In this document: positions 1-13,093 of the stretch, piece by piece
Layout of the letters: the number at the start of each line of letters is the position of its first letter
Numbering within the stretch: the first letter of the stretch is position 1
Assembly (NCBI GenBank): GCA_050084515.1
Contig: CM114271.1
Coordinates: 32,612,001-32,676,000 of the forward strand
Length of the DNA stretch: 64,000 nucleotides
Direction of reading: 5' to 3'
Source: Blasia pusilla
Lineage: Eukaryota
Position numbers and translations under genes: made by a program
The notes under the pieces: model-generated
Told to the model about the DNA's origin: nothing
Database searches by the model: none
What the model saw: only the letters and a program-made list of their open reading frames with translations

Positions 1-14
1 GGGGGCGTCCTTTC

Positions 15-2094
15 GTGGTGCACACAAATTGGAGCATGTTGGGGCTTGGAGCGGTGCTCACCCAGCATAATGATGAGGGAAGAGAGTTCATGGTGGCTTA
101 CGCTAGCTGCTCGAACAACGCTGCAGAGGCGAAGTATAGCTCGTATGAAGGTGAGTGCTTGGCTGCAGTGTGGGCTGTCGCGCATTTCAGGTGTTACTTA
201 TTTGGCAACCCTTTTACCATCATGATTGATCATCAACCACTTAAGTGATTGATGGAGTCCGACAAGCTTACAAGGAAGCTTACGAGATGGGCTCTGTTGT
301 TGCAGGAGTATGATTTTCAGGTGGTACATAGATCTGGGACGCTCAACCAGGATGCATATAGGTTGAATCATAACCCAAGTCCGAGTCAGCGAGATGCGAT
401 TGGAGCTCGATAGCATGGAGAGAGTGATGAGGAGTTAGTGCCTGGATAGCACCAGTCAACCTATTTAGGCATGTTGGTTATGGAGAGCCAGAGTGTGGAG
501 ACTTCGATGGCGAGGTCTAGTGGAGAGTCCTTGGATCATGAGGCCACTGAGGAGATGACAGATGACGGAGATATTCATGATGATGGAATAGTCTTGAAGT
601 ACCTTTGTACTGGCAACGTTGCGAGCACCGTGGGTGCTAGAGAGTAGGATCGGATCCTACAACGGGCCAAACGGTTCCGTTTGGAGGGGACACATGTTTT
701 GAGGTTTGGGAGGATGGTAGAGTATGCGTAGTGCCGCGTCCTTTGTAGAGAGCATAACTAGTGCAGCATGCCCACGAGGAGTTGGGTCACTTTGGGGTGA
801 AGCGGACATACAGCTTGCTCCAGATTTAGTATTGGTGGCGAGGCATGGAGACTGACGTTCAGTAGTTTGTTGCCAGGTGCATGGTGTGTGATCGGGTCCG
901 AGCATTGTTCAATGCTCCAACTCCACGGTTGCATCCATTACCTTTCATGGGCTTAGGGTATAGATGGAGTTTGGATTTTGTAGGACCTTTGCCTTTGACG
1001 AAGCATCACAATCCTTATCTGTTGGTGATGGTCGAGCACTTCTCGAAGTGGAATGAGTTGGTTGAATTGCCTGACAAAGTGAGTGAGGGAGTAGCTTATG
1101 CCTTCCTTGACAGAGTGTTGAGTCATTATGACGCACCGACTGAAGTGTTGACAAACTAGGGTACCGACTCTCGCGGTGAGCTCCAGGCCTTGTGTGATCA
1201 GACGTTGATCGACCACCGCACAAAACTTCGCGAGATCATCCCGAGGCGGATGGATTAGCGGAGAGAGTTGTGCAGACATTGAAGAGGGGTTTACGCAAGT
1301 ACGGCTTGCAGAGAGGTCACCTAAGAGATTGGCACCTCTAGTTGCCATGGTTGGCAATGGGATATAGATTCAGCATGCAGGCATCCTTAGCATCTTTTTC
1401 ACCGTACTTCCTACTTTATGGCCGAGAGCGAGATTCATCTGCAGCCATTCGTCGAGATGCTGGTGAGGTGCTGGACCTTGATGACCTAGATGTATGGATG
1501 CGAGCATGTTCTCAGAGGGTTGAGTTGTTTCGGAGAGTGATGCCCATGACGTTCGAGAACTTGGCGATTGCGCAACATCGGGATAAGTTGAGGTATGCGA
1601 CTATTCGAGGTGGTGGTTATCAACCAACTATCCGGAGGTTTCATCAAGGAGATTATGTCTACTTGCAGTAGATGGTACCGACGACGTTGGATGTGACTGC
1701 AAGGCGTACTACCCTGAGAGTGCATGACATTTTGCCATCCCGTGTTCTCTTGTTGGAGGGACGCGATGGTATGGTATGGAAGGACCATGTGCGTAATTGT
1801 GCGCCATGTCACCTTCCTAACATTGATGGTACCATAGATCCGAGCTCAGGAGTAGTTCCCGCAGGCTTGCGTTGTATGTTGTGTGGTTCTGCTCATGGTG
1901 CGGCCACGATGCTAGTATGTGATGGATGTTCGAGAGGTTGGCATATGGCATGTGTGACGCCACCTCTCACTAAGGTTCCTCGGGGACGATGGATGTGTCC
2001 TAGATGTACACAGAGGAGATATTGGGTAGGTTTCAATTCCAACTTTTTCTATGAGATGGATGATAGGAAGGCGACTAACGATGGGGCCACATGA
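15..2094 (+). pseudogene. Degenerate pol of element A (RNase H, integrase, C-terminal PHD finger 1873-2007)
   Basis: ORF fragments 15-248, 881-1159, 1342-1671 and 1672-2094. C4HC3 motif CMLC...CDGC...WHMAC...WMCPRC. Several in-frame stops. Confidence 0.9.
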
Positions 2095-2329
2095 GCCCCC
2101 GACCTTTATGCTCTTAGCGTCGTAGAGATGTATGTCGTGGTAGGTAGGGATAGATGGCTATCTGGAGTTAGAGGGACCTAACCACCAGCTAGGGTGGCGA
2201 TTGGAGATATTTTGGTACTTCTCACCTCTGTATATGGATGCCATTAGTTAGCATGGGATCGTGTATGTTTGTGTGTGTGTTGGATGACAGCGATGTATGA
2301 TGTGTAGCGATGTGTATGCGCACGACAAC

Positions 2330-2945
2330 TGTCACGATTGTTAGGATAGATCGGTGGGATCTAGCAGAGCATCTGCACAAGTAGTGGAGGATATGCCCAA
2401 GAGGTCGAGGATGAACTGTTGAGGCCTAAAGAAACCTGAGAGAGCATATTTTCCCTTCGTTTCGGCTCATTTGGAGCCATATTGAGGAACTTACTATTTT
2501 AGGTAAGTACCATTCTGTGTATATGATCGACTTTCTATTTTTTGTAAGTGACCCTTGACCTCCTACATCAGGTCAAGAGCCAAGGAGGTGACTTGGGAGA
2601 ATAGGTTACCATGGAGAGAGCTTGGGAGAGAGCTTGAGAGCTCATTCTCTCTTTGTTGAATTTCTTGGCATGAGGCGGCGGAGCTATGGTCCCTTGCCTT
2701 GTGAGTGTAACCCAAATCTCTCATTAGGAGAGTGGGTTTGGTTTGACATGAGAGAGAGTGCACACCGTTGAGAGCTATGGTGTAAGATGGTGTAGAGAGA
2801 GATTGGATCTTACTTTAATTGGAGATATTTTGGTACTTCTCGCCTCTATGTTTGGATGTCATGAGTTAGCATAGGATCATGCGTATTTGTGTGTGTGTTC
2901 TGTGATTGCGATGTATGTTATGTAATGATGTGTATATGCACGACA
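2330..2945 (+). repeat. 3' LTR of element A (family 1)
   Basis: Starts tgtcacg, ends gcacgaca. Homologous to 17243-17869 and to the solo LTR at 39046-39643, whose TSD defines the boundaries. Confidence 0.85.
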
Positions 2946-4520
2946 AGCTCTTCCTCGACGTGGTGGTAGAGTACCACCACCAGCCAGAGGAGATGCAGCA
3001 GGAGCTCCAAAGCCAACACTTCTCTCACGCATCGATCAGTTGGAGCAGAGGATTGCTGCCATGACAATGATGCAACTCAAAGAAGGCAAAGAGCCGCGAG
3101 CAGCTAGTATGGCTCCAACTTCTACCTCTTACCGTGACCCGGGTGAGGATTTCGCTAGTATGGGGTTTATGTGTAGTGCAGCTAAGGTTGAGGTGGATGC
3201 AGTGGTGACTCGGGGTGCTACGAGAGGCACCGAGCCATCGAGAGGTGGAGTTGAGATTGACCCATTGGAGGGGACCGTGGGCGGCAGGCCACGGTTCCAT
3301 AGTCATTCACATTTTCGGAGGCACTACACACACCATCGATGGTGCCTCGACGACCAGCGGTGCCTACAGCTCACAAAGGTACGTCGAGCGTCATGAGGAG
3401 TTGGAGTGACAACTCCTATGTCGGCGCGAGTGGAGTCAATGTCAACCATAGTGGTGGAGGTGGCCACCAGAGTGAGTGAGACTCCACTATTTTCTGCCAT
3501 AGAGTTGGCGATGTTGGGAGTTGGACCATATGAGTTGTTCCGGCTGGCCGCCACATTGTGTGAGCGTGAAGAGGTGATTGCTTCTTGTTCAGAGGTAGTT
3601 GAGGAGGTGGTGGACTTGCCCTCAGAGCTGGTGCTAGGGACGCCCCCCACAAAGTCATGGCATGCGGCAACGGCGAAGTTGGTAGATATGCCAGCTCAAC
3701 CGGCCATAGAGCAAGGTGTGGTGACACATGGAGTAGTGTTACTGGAGTATTTCACTTGGTTAGTCCGACGGGGATAGTATACCATCCGCACCGTGTCCTA
3801 CTTGATTCGAGAGCGCACACCTTGATGTTAGGGAAGGTGGCGTGTTTAGCGTTGGGGTTACGGAAGGCCAATATTGAGACTTGTCCCTTCCAGATACAGA
3901 CCACGATTGGGGGCGTGTCACTCACGCAGTATATGACTCGATAGGAGATAGTTGTCAGAGTCCAACAAGAGCATGCGACGCATAGTGCTATGGTGCGCAC
4001 GTGTGCGATTACGATACCAGGTGATTCATACAATGTGTTGGTGGGAAGTATAGTGTTATATCCCCTAGGATTCATCCTTGACTTCTGGGAGGAGACCGTT
4101 GCTTATTGGCCTGGGTGGCGGTTAGGTGACGGGCGGATGAGTCATTTACTCGTGCAGTTTGCGGGACGAGGTGGTCGATCATCAGACGAGTCATTGACCA
4201 CGTTAACAGCTTTCACAAGTAGTGTTAGTTAGCCAGGAGAGTTGTTGGAGGGGAGCGCACATGCGGAGGATGTCCTTGTAGCGGATAGTCCCACGGAGAG
4301 ACAGGCCATGGCGGGTGTCTCTTCCCATGTTGGCGAGATCTCTTTACCATTGTGGGATACAACTCGAGAGCTATAGAGGAGTGTTGACGACCTCCTGAGG
4401 CAGGCGTGGACTCATGCCTTTATCTCGGAGCACTGAGAGTTAGGTGGTGATGGGGCTCCTGGAGTGGAGACGTTGATCCCACGAGATACCACACCCGTTG
4501 TGTGGCAGTGTCCAGAGGAG

Positions 4521-5435
4521 GGTGTTAGGGTGTTAGATCTCTTTGGAGGGATTTGCACCGGATTGGATGCAGTATTGCAGGCGGGCATACAGGTGCATCA
4601 ATACCTTTTAAGTGGCGAGTATCATTACGTCACGTGGCGAGATTGGTCCTGAGGTATCGTGAGTTGTTGCCGGTATCTGCAGTACGGGGATATCGGCATA
4701 CACTACCCGCCGACATTTCTTTGGTGGGGGCGCAGGATCTGGATAGAGTTGACACCATTCATTTGGTGATTGCTGGATGGCCATGTCAGGGTCATTCATC
4801 AGCTGGCCGAGGATTTGGATTGCAGGATCCAAGGTCAGGGATGTTTTGGGAGATACTACGAGTAGTACGACACTTGCATGAGAGTCGAACATATTCTCTA
4901 GCATACACTTTGGAGAACGTGCCATTGTTCGGAGACACTCGTGCACGTGTGATGACGAGTGTGCATCAGGTGAGGTCCTAGTTGGGACCTGATGTGTTGC
5001 TAGATGCAGCGAGAGTTGGATCACGTGCCCATCATCCACGACTGTGGTGGACGAACCTGATACCATCAGAGATACTGAGTCGAGCATACAATGGAGTCCA
5101 GAGAGCACCATATCTCACAGTGGATGCTATTTTGGGCTCATGGCGTCGATCTCAGGTGGTGACGTGGGATGATAGACCACCGTTGGCGATGGCCAATAGG
5201 TTGGGGGAGTTGAAGGCAGCCTTACCTACGTTGGTGAGCTTCCTAGCATCCCATGCCTTTCGTCAGGGAGGGCCAAGCATGATTTGGGATGAGGTGATCA
5301 GAGCATTGGAGGAGCCTATAGCAGATGAGCGCAAGCGCACCATAGGGTTTGCTAGCTACGGGTACTATGGCAGTGCTAGGTATGACTTAGGCATCTCGGA
5401 GACAAGTGTTGGGGCAGGCAATGGACCTCAACTGT
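4521..5435 (+). pseudogene. DNMT3-like C5-cytosine DNA methyltransferase domain in element B polyprotein
   Basis: Motif I VRVLDLFGGICTG; motif IV IHLVIAGWPCQGHS (catalytic PC); motif VI YTLENVP; motif VIII DAARVGSRAHHPRLWWTN; motifs IX/X ERKRTIGF...VLGQAMD. Frameshifted, with one stop. Confidence 0.9.
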
Positions 5436-8400
5436 GTCACATGGATAGCCTGCCTAGGAATGGCTGAGCAGAGATGGATGCGAGTGTCATATCTGGTTGG
5501 AGGACAACGAGAAGATAGCATTTTGGGGGATTGCTTGTATCAGTGGCAGTTCTTACCATTTGGGTTGAAGAACGCGCTTGTGGAGTTTCAGAGAGTGATG
5601 GATAGGATTTTGGCTGGCTTGGAGTTTGTACGATGTTACATAGATGATATTCTTATCTTCAGTTCCATGGTTGAGAAGCATGAGCGATACCTAGAGGAGG
5701 TTTATCATCGATTGCAGTTAGATGGATTGAAGTTACATCCAGGCAAGTGCATATTCTTTCAGGAGCAAATTGAGTACTTGGGACACACCATATACTCGAG
5801 TTGGTTAGGCGTTCAACAGACAAAGGTAGAGGCTATTGCATAGATTCCACGTCCTACAGATGTGAGTCGAGTCCGAGCGTTTCTTATATTGGAAAACTTC
5901 TATCGATGGTATGTCAAGGATTTTAGTGCGATAGCAAAGTCTTTGACCTTGTTGACGAGACTTGATCAGGTTTGGTTCTAGGGAGATGATCAGGAGCGAG
6001 CATTCCAAGAGCTCAAGGACAGGTTGACATCCTCACCCATTTTACAGAGAGCGGTTAGGGGTCGCCCATTAGAGTTACATACGAATTGGAGCATGTTGGG
6101 TCTAGGAGCAGTGATTACTCAAAGAGATGACAAGGAAAGGGAGTTTGTTGTGGCTTATGGGAGCCGATCGAACAACATTGCAGAGGCGAAGAACATCTCC
6201 TACGAGGTAGAGTGCTTGGCTGCTGTGTGGGCCATAGCACAATTTAGGTGCTATTTATTTGGCAACCCTTTCACACTTCTCACTGATCATCAGGCGTTGA
6301 GGTGGTTGATGGAGTCCGAAAAGCTTACGGGAAAGCTTGCTAGGTGGGTTGTATTACTACAGGAGTATGAGTTTGAGGTGGTTCATAGGCCTGGCCGGCT
6401 CAACCAAGATGCGGATGGGTTGAGTCGTAACCCATGTCCGAGTCAGAGAAATGACATAGGAGCTTAATGGCACGGAGAGAGTGATGAGGAGATGGTGCCC
6501 GGTTGGCATGCATCTGCCTATCTTTGTTGGTTGACTATGATAGGTGAGTCACAGGTGATGACTCTAGTGGTGGGGTTGGATGATGAGTCTTTGGATCCGG
6601 AGGTCAGTGGGAAGGTGACATGTGGTCGTCATATCCATGACGACGTGGAGGTTGTGGAACTCTTGCGCATTGGCGTCATAGCGAGCACAATGAGTGCTAG
6701 GGAGCGGGATCGGATCCTACAGCGAGCCAGGAGGTTCAAGTGGGAGGGGACTCATATTTTACGGGTATGGGGAGATGGTAGGATACGAGTGGTATCTCAT
6801 CCTTCCCAAAGAGCACGTGTAGTGCGACATGCCCATGACGAGTTGGGACATTTTGGAGTGAAGCGTACTTACAACTTATTCCTGGTTGAGTATTGGTAGC
6901 GCGGCATGCATACTCGGGTACAGCAGTTTGTGGCCAGATGTATGGTATGTGACAGAGTGCGATCATCCTTCAATGCTCCCACTCCGTAGTTACATCCTTT
7001 GTCGATTATGGGTTTAGATTATTGATGGAGTTTAGACTTTGCGGGACCTTTTCCATTGACGGGGCGTCATCATAAGTTTGTGTTGGTCATCGTGGAGCAT
7101 TTCTCCAAGTGGATAGAGTTGGTGGCACTACCGGACAAGGCGAGCAAGGGAACAGCTTATGCATTTCTAGATCGTGTGCTTAGTCACTTTGTTGCACCGG
7201 CAAAGGTGTTGACTGACCTGGGTACCGAGTTCAGGGGAGAGTTTCATGCCTTGTGTGATTAGACACTAATAGATCACCGCACCACGTCCAGAGATCATCC
7301 TGAGGCGGATGGGTTGGCGGAGAGAGTAGTATAGACAGTGAAGATAGGATTGCGCAAGTTTAGGGTTTAGGATTTCTAGATTATGTGCTTAGTCACTTTG
7401 GTGCACCGGCGAAGGTGTTGACTGACCAGGGTACCGAGTTCAAGGGAGAGTTTCAGGTCTTGTGTGATCACACACTAATAGATCACCGCACCACGTCTAG
7501 AGATCATCCTGAGGCGGATGGGTTGGTGGAGAGAGTAGTACAGACGATGAAGAGAGGATTGCGCAAGTATGGCTTGCAACGGGGATAGTTGAGGGAGTGG
7601 GACCTACAGTTGGCATGGTTGGCTATGGGTTATCGCTTTAGCCGGCAGGCATCCTTGGCGTCATTTTCACCATACTTTTTGCTCCTTGGGAGAGAGCGAG
7701 ATTTACCTACAGCTATTCGACGTGACATGGCGGAGCTGTTAGATCTTGATGATCCAGATGTGTGGGTATAAGCGTGTTCTCAGAGGGCGGAGATTTTTCG
7801 TAGAGTTATGCCTATGGCCTTTGAGAACTTAGCTATTGCTCACCATAGAGATATACTGAGGTACACGACCATTCGTGGAGGAGGTTATCGTCCAGGAATT
7901 AGCAGGTTTTATCATGGAGATTACGTGTATTTATAGCAGACGGCACCTACGATGCTAGATGTCACTGCAAGGCGCACGATCCTACATATTCACGAGGTAT
8001 TATGGACCGGAGTCCTCATGTTGGAGGGACGGGATGGTATGGTTTGGAAGGATCATATGCGCAATTGTGCACCATGTCATCTTTTGAACGTAGATGAGAC
8101 AGTGGATCTGCGAGGGGTACAACCACCATGTTGGTATGTGATGGTTATTCTTGAGGGTGGCATATATCATGTCTGACCCCCCCTCTTGATGTAGTTCCCA
8201 CAAGATAATGGATGTGTCCGAGATGTGTATAGGATAGTATGACATGTCAGAGAGATGTGATATTTTCTATCTAGAGTAGGGGGGATCCAACTGCCAGCTA
8301 GGGGGGCGGTTGTGTGATCTCAATGTATATGTACGAGTTAATTTCTGTACATGTGTGGATCTACCCGTGTGTGGGGAAGATCAATGTTGTGTGGTGTAGA

Positions 8401-8448
8401 TGTGACTAGCAATGTATGTTGTGTAGCAATATGTATGCGTACGACAGT

Positions 8449-9066
8449 TGTCACATCTGAGTAGCCGATAGGCCAAGATCTATCGTGGATAGGGCGAATT
8501 AGCCAGCGGACTATCTTGAGTCTAACTTTCTCCCATGGTGTCAAATGAGGTTGAAGATAGGTCCATTATGTCAGGAACGTTGTTTCTAACAACTTTCCTA
8601 TTGAGGTCTTTCACAACCGGGTGACTTATTGACCATGTCACCCGCCCCTGATAACCTATGCGCGCAGGTTACCAAGGGGATGGCTATTTTTAGGGGAAGA
8701 GCCTTTTAGCTCTTTCCCACCCTATATAAGAGAGGAAGATGGCTTTCCTAAGCCATCTTTCTCATGTTGGGCCATTGGAGCACGTGTCTTGTATGTGTCT
8801 GAGATAAGACTAGGGTGCTAGCGTCCGGATTCCTTGATAGCATAGGGTGGACGAGGCTCAATATGCCGATGTAGATTGAGGAGTGGAGTTTTAGGCCAGG
8901 TGTGCCATTTTTACTACTCTTTATTTTTGTTGTGTGATCTCCATTTATATGTACGAGTTGATTTTTTTACATGTGTGGATCTACCCGTGTGTGGGGAAGA
9001 TCGATGTTGTGTAGTGTAGATATGACTAGCGATGTATGTTGTGCAGCGATATGGATGCGCACGACA
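8449..9066 (+). repeat. 3' LTR of element B (family 2)
   Basis: tgtcaca...gcacgaca; TATA-like cctatataag near 8721; its last 138 bp are duplicated at 8309-8446. Confidence 0.8.
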
Positions 9067-12000
9067 CATTCAATTTGCAGACCTGTCAAAAGGGGGGCTA
9101 TCAAGTAGGGATAGATAGTGGAGATCCAATTTTCTCTGGGAGTTATTCTAGTTAAAAAATAAAAATTAAATTTGGTTGGGGAGGGGACAATGTCTATCCT
9201 ACCATGTCCTAGCTGATTGTCCGGGAGACGCGCAAACTGGATGTGGACTTGCTACCGCCGTTGTATGTTGTGTGGTTCGTCGACGCTTCAAGGCCCCTAC
9301 CCGATTTTTGAACTTGCCAAGAAAATACTGAGCCGCCATACAACCGTGTGCTGCTCCCTCTGACCCTACGTTACTACTGCCCGTAGAGCCAGACGTCTGA
9401 ATCTTTATCCTAGACCGCCGTGGCTGCATGTGTTCGCGGCTGGTCATTTGCATTTTTGGATTGATGGGGTCGCTTTGTTCCGTCCGCTTTGTTATGGTGT
9501 GATTTGTAGCCGCTTAAGGAAGATCGAGTACCACGCCGTGATGTTCGTAGGTGCAACGCGCCGCTAATTGGCGCGCCGTGCCGCTTGTGGCCGTACCGCA
9601 CAGTCTCGATCGTCAAGCCGCACCATCACTGGAGAGCATAGCGTGTATTGTTGTTGACAAGGGTATGCTGCTGAGTGACGCACCCTATTATCGAGTGTCG
9701 TGTTGTTCATAGCCGTTCTGTGCCGCGAGTGCCGCACTGTACCGCTCAACCCGCGCCGCACATCGAGGAGATTTGAGCATCGACTGTACCAGAGCAGTAC
9801 GACTTGCTACTTGAAGAGTTATCTTTACGGTCGAGTTGGGGTCGAGTTTCTTTAGTTGCTGAGGTGCGACATCGATACTTGTTGTCAGGCTACCCATTTT
9901 GGTTTTTTGCCTTGCACGTGTTAGGGATTTCCGAGTATTGTGCACTTATTTGGGGATATTGGGTTTCGTATTGATGTTGAGAGCATCATTGATGTATGGG
10001 TTTAGGGGACATAGGCCTGTGTGGGATCGATGAGATGATATGACAATAGACGATTTGCCACACGTGCCGCTTGTTCCGCACAACACACATCTCACTGAGA
10101 GAGTGTAGATTTAGTGCAGCATGTTGGATTGAGTGATTACTCACGAGATTGAGAGTGATCGTGTGAGAGGGACAGGAGGGTCATTACGGTGTCCTTTCAG
10201 GACTTTGAGAGGCAAGCTGGTGGACCTGAGAGTAGCTCTAGAGGGTTTACCCGGAGTGGTGCGAGGTTTCGAGAATCTTCACGTGAGAGATCACCTCGAT
10301 CTCCTTTTGTGTCGTCGTTAGACAAGGGGGAGAGTGTAGAGGAGTGTGCTAGTGATCCACGGCATACATTGAAAGGTCCTACAAGTTGGGCATACGAGAT
10401 GGACGATCGGGGTAGAGGACCGTGTAGGTTTTTGGGTGCTTTAGGCACTATAGAGCTACATGATTTCATGGCGGAGTTTAGGAGTTGGTGTGACTCATAG
10501 CGGGCTAGGAGCTCCAGAGAGTTCAACCTGTTTACAGCATGGGACGGAATGTTCCAACATTTAGAGGGGGCACCCATGGACGATTACCATGAGTTCTCGT
10601 AGAGATATGCCCATGAGATTGAGGCTTGGAGACTCTACTATGACCCACACTATGTCTCATGGACTGAATCATTTCCAAATGAGGAGGAGGAGTCATGAGA
10701 AGGTTCCTCCACCAGTGATGTTGTTGGAGGGGTGACTCGCACTAGAGCAATTGCATCATCCAGTCACTTCGTCCCAGGTTCAATCCCGTGGTTGATTTCT
10801 TCCCTGAGTTGAGGGCGAGGTACCTAGGGGTATGGATGGAGAAGTTGCGAAGCATCCAGGACTTCCAGCGGCGTCCGGATGAGAATTTGCGTGAGGCCTA
10901 TACACACTTGCGCCCGTTGATTAACGTCACTCAGGGGGTGACAGAGGCCTAGGCTATCCGTCATGGTACGCGATGCTCGATCGGACCCTGAGGACACGGG
11001 TGAGGGAGGGGATGCTTCTTATGAACACCTCCCCTACATTGAGAGATGTTTTTAGGACTGCCAAGAACATTGAGCGCAACATGGCAAAGGAGACCGTAGC
11101 CACCATGGGTTCTGGGCGAGAGCAGTCACAATTGCCTGCACCACCAGTGCAACAACGTGGATTCGGAGATAGGTCTCTGGCACCACGAGCTCAGGGAGGA
11201 TACCGGGAGGCCGTGCCACGAAGACTTGCGCCTTCATATGCGACTCAACATCAACCGCCTATGATTACTTGTTGGTTAGGTAATGGAGCCCATCATCAGT
11301 GCGATTGCACTCGTCACGATCATGGTCAGGTGCCTCGCCATGGAGGAGGAGATGGTGCTACACTAGGAGATTATCACTGTGACTATTTTCAAAGGTACGG
11401 TCACACACACGCGAGATGTTTCAGCTTGCACACTAAGTTACATTCGAACCGAGGGCCAGAGAGGGCACTAGAGCGAGTTGCAAGTCCGGGTGGGCCTAGA
11501 GGTCGTACACCATGTGGTCCCGTAGGGGGACGAGGAGTTGGATTTTCCCGAGGGGTTGGTGGAGTTTCTTGTGGAGGAGGTAGAGTCCCACCACCTAGAC
11601 ACATCGAGGGAGATGGCGGGCGTGAGGCTGGGATGGTTGATCAGATACAGTAGCTACAATAGTAGATTGCCGCTATGGCATTGAGGTTACCCGATGCCGG
11701 ATTCATGGCATCAACATCTTATGGAGCCGCAAGAGATATGGAGGATCCTCGTTGGATGTGCGGGGCTGCCCATATGGAGGATGCCGTAGTTGTTACGCGT
11801 CGAGCAGTCGGAGAGTTGGATCCACAGCGAGGGGAAGCCAACAAACAAACCTGGCTTCCTCAGTCCTTCGCGTTGTCCGAGGCGATGAGGACCCCATCGA
11901 TGGGTCTTGATCAGAATTCTCAGAGAGTTGGTGATGTTGTTGGTGTGCAAGCACGAAGAGCCATGGGATAAGCAAGTGCGATGACTTCTATTGCTGATGC

Positions 12001-13093
12001 TCAGGAGGAGCATGTGTCAAGCACGTTGTTGGGGGCGACCACTGTTGTGTATCGCGCTTCTTTATTTTTGCTTCCGATATTATGACGTTGGGAGGTATGC
12101 CCACCGAGGTTTTTTGGCTGGCCGCTACGCTATGTGAGCGTGGATTTGGAGTTCTTGCATCACGTTCAGAGGTGATTGCAGAGGAGGTGATGGACCTGCC
12201 CTTCGAGCTGATGCTCCAGCCGTCCACATCAGATTCTTGGCAGGTTTCCACTGCTAGGATGGCGGAGATGTCCGCTAGACCTACGATAGAGCGTGCCATG
12301 GCTTCTCCTGGTGTTGTTTTGCTAGATAACTGGGGAGAGGTCTTCCTCTTGCTGAGTCCAGGAGGTAGAGCATTTAAACCGTAGCGCGTCTTGTTGGATT
12401 CAAGAGCGCAACCCTTGATGTTGGGGAAAGCGGCATTTAGAGGTTTGGGCTTGACGAGGGTCGATATGGAGCGTTATTCATTTTGGATATAGACATCCTT
12501 GGGTGGAGCAAGTACCACATAGTATATCACCCGAAAAGAGGTCGTGGTGAGGATTTGCCTGGGACATCCTACACATGAGTCCGTGGTGCGAGACAAGGCA
12601 ATAGTGACTGATGCAGAGTCCTACGACATCTTGGTTGGTGGAGCAGTGTTGTACTAGATGGAGTTTTCCCTGGATTACTAGGAGGAGTCAGTGTTACACA
12701 AACCATGATGGTAGTCAGGTGATGGGCGCCTTAGCTCATTACGAGTTCAATTCTCAGATGCAGTGATCGAGCGCCGGCCAGGAGAGATGGCGACCTTAGT
12801 AGCGCCATCTCTTGGCCTAGTGATTTGATTGCGGAACATGTCCACACAGAGGATACTTATATTCCTGACATTTCTATGGAGAGGAGTGTCATGGTCGACG
12901 TATATTTCCGTGGAGGAGAGGTGCCGCTTTGGGGCTCAATTGAGGAGCTTTGACGCTTAGCCATTGAGCATGTGCAGATCGCGTGAAGCGAGACGTTTGC
13001 ACCATACCGTGACAGGTCAGAGGAACCCTAGGCGAGACTGCTATGATCACGCCCTTGGATACTACACCCATTGTATGGCGCATCCCAGAGGAG

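Larger units (their letters stand above)
1..2945 (+). mobile_element. Ty3/gypsy element A (LTR family 1), 3' part only: RNase H - integrase - PHD - 3' LTR; nested in element B
   Basis: RNase H (HTNWSMLGLGAVLTQ, YSSYEGECLAAVWAV, DHQPLKWL), integrase (WSLDFVGP, VEHFSKW), PHD finger, PPT-like agggtggcga at 2191-2200, LTR 2330-2945. The 5' part lies outside the window. Confidence 0.92.
2946..9066 (+). mobile_element. Ty3/gypsy element B (LTR family 2): gag tail - protease - DNMT - partial RT - RNase H - integrase - partial PHD - 3' LTR
   Basis: Protease VLLDSRAHTLMLG (~3795), methyltransferase motifs at 4521-5435, RT LPFGLKNA / YIDDILIFS, RNase H 6024-6467, integrase ~6800-8100, PHD remnant ~8125-8230, PPT agctaggggggcg near 8296-8308. 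Confidence 0.9.

Noticed and set aside
2200-2945. DIRS/PAT/Ngaro classification based on the split-repeat-like ends and a methyltransferase
   Set aside because: The elements have an aspartic protease, DDE-type integrase, TG...CA ends and TSDs. No tyrosine recombinase is seen, and the MTase is C5 type rather than adenine type.
4521-5435. Host DNMT gene or bacterial restriction-modification contamination
   Set aside because: Intronless, positioned between protease and RT in three separate elements, and no endonuclease nearby.
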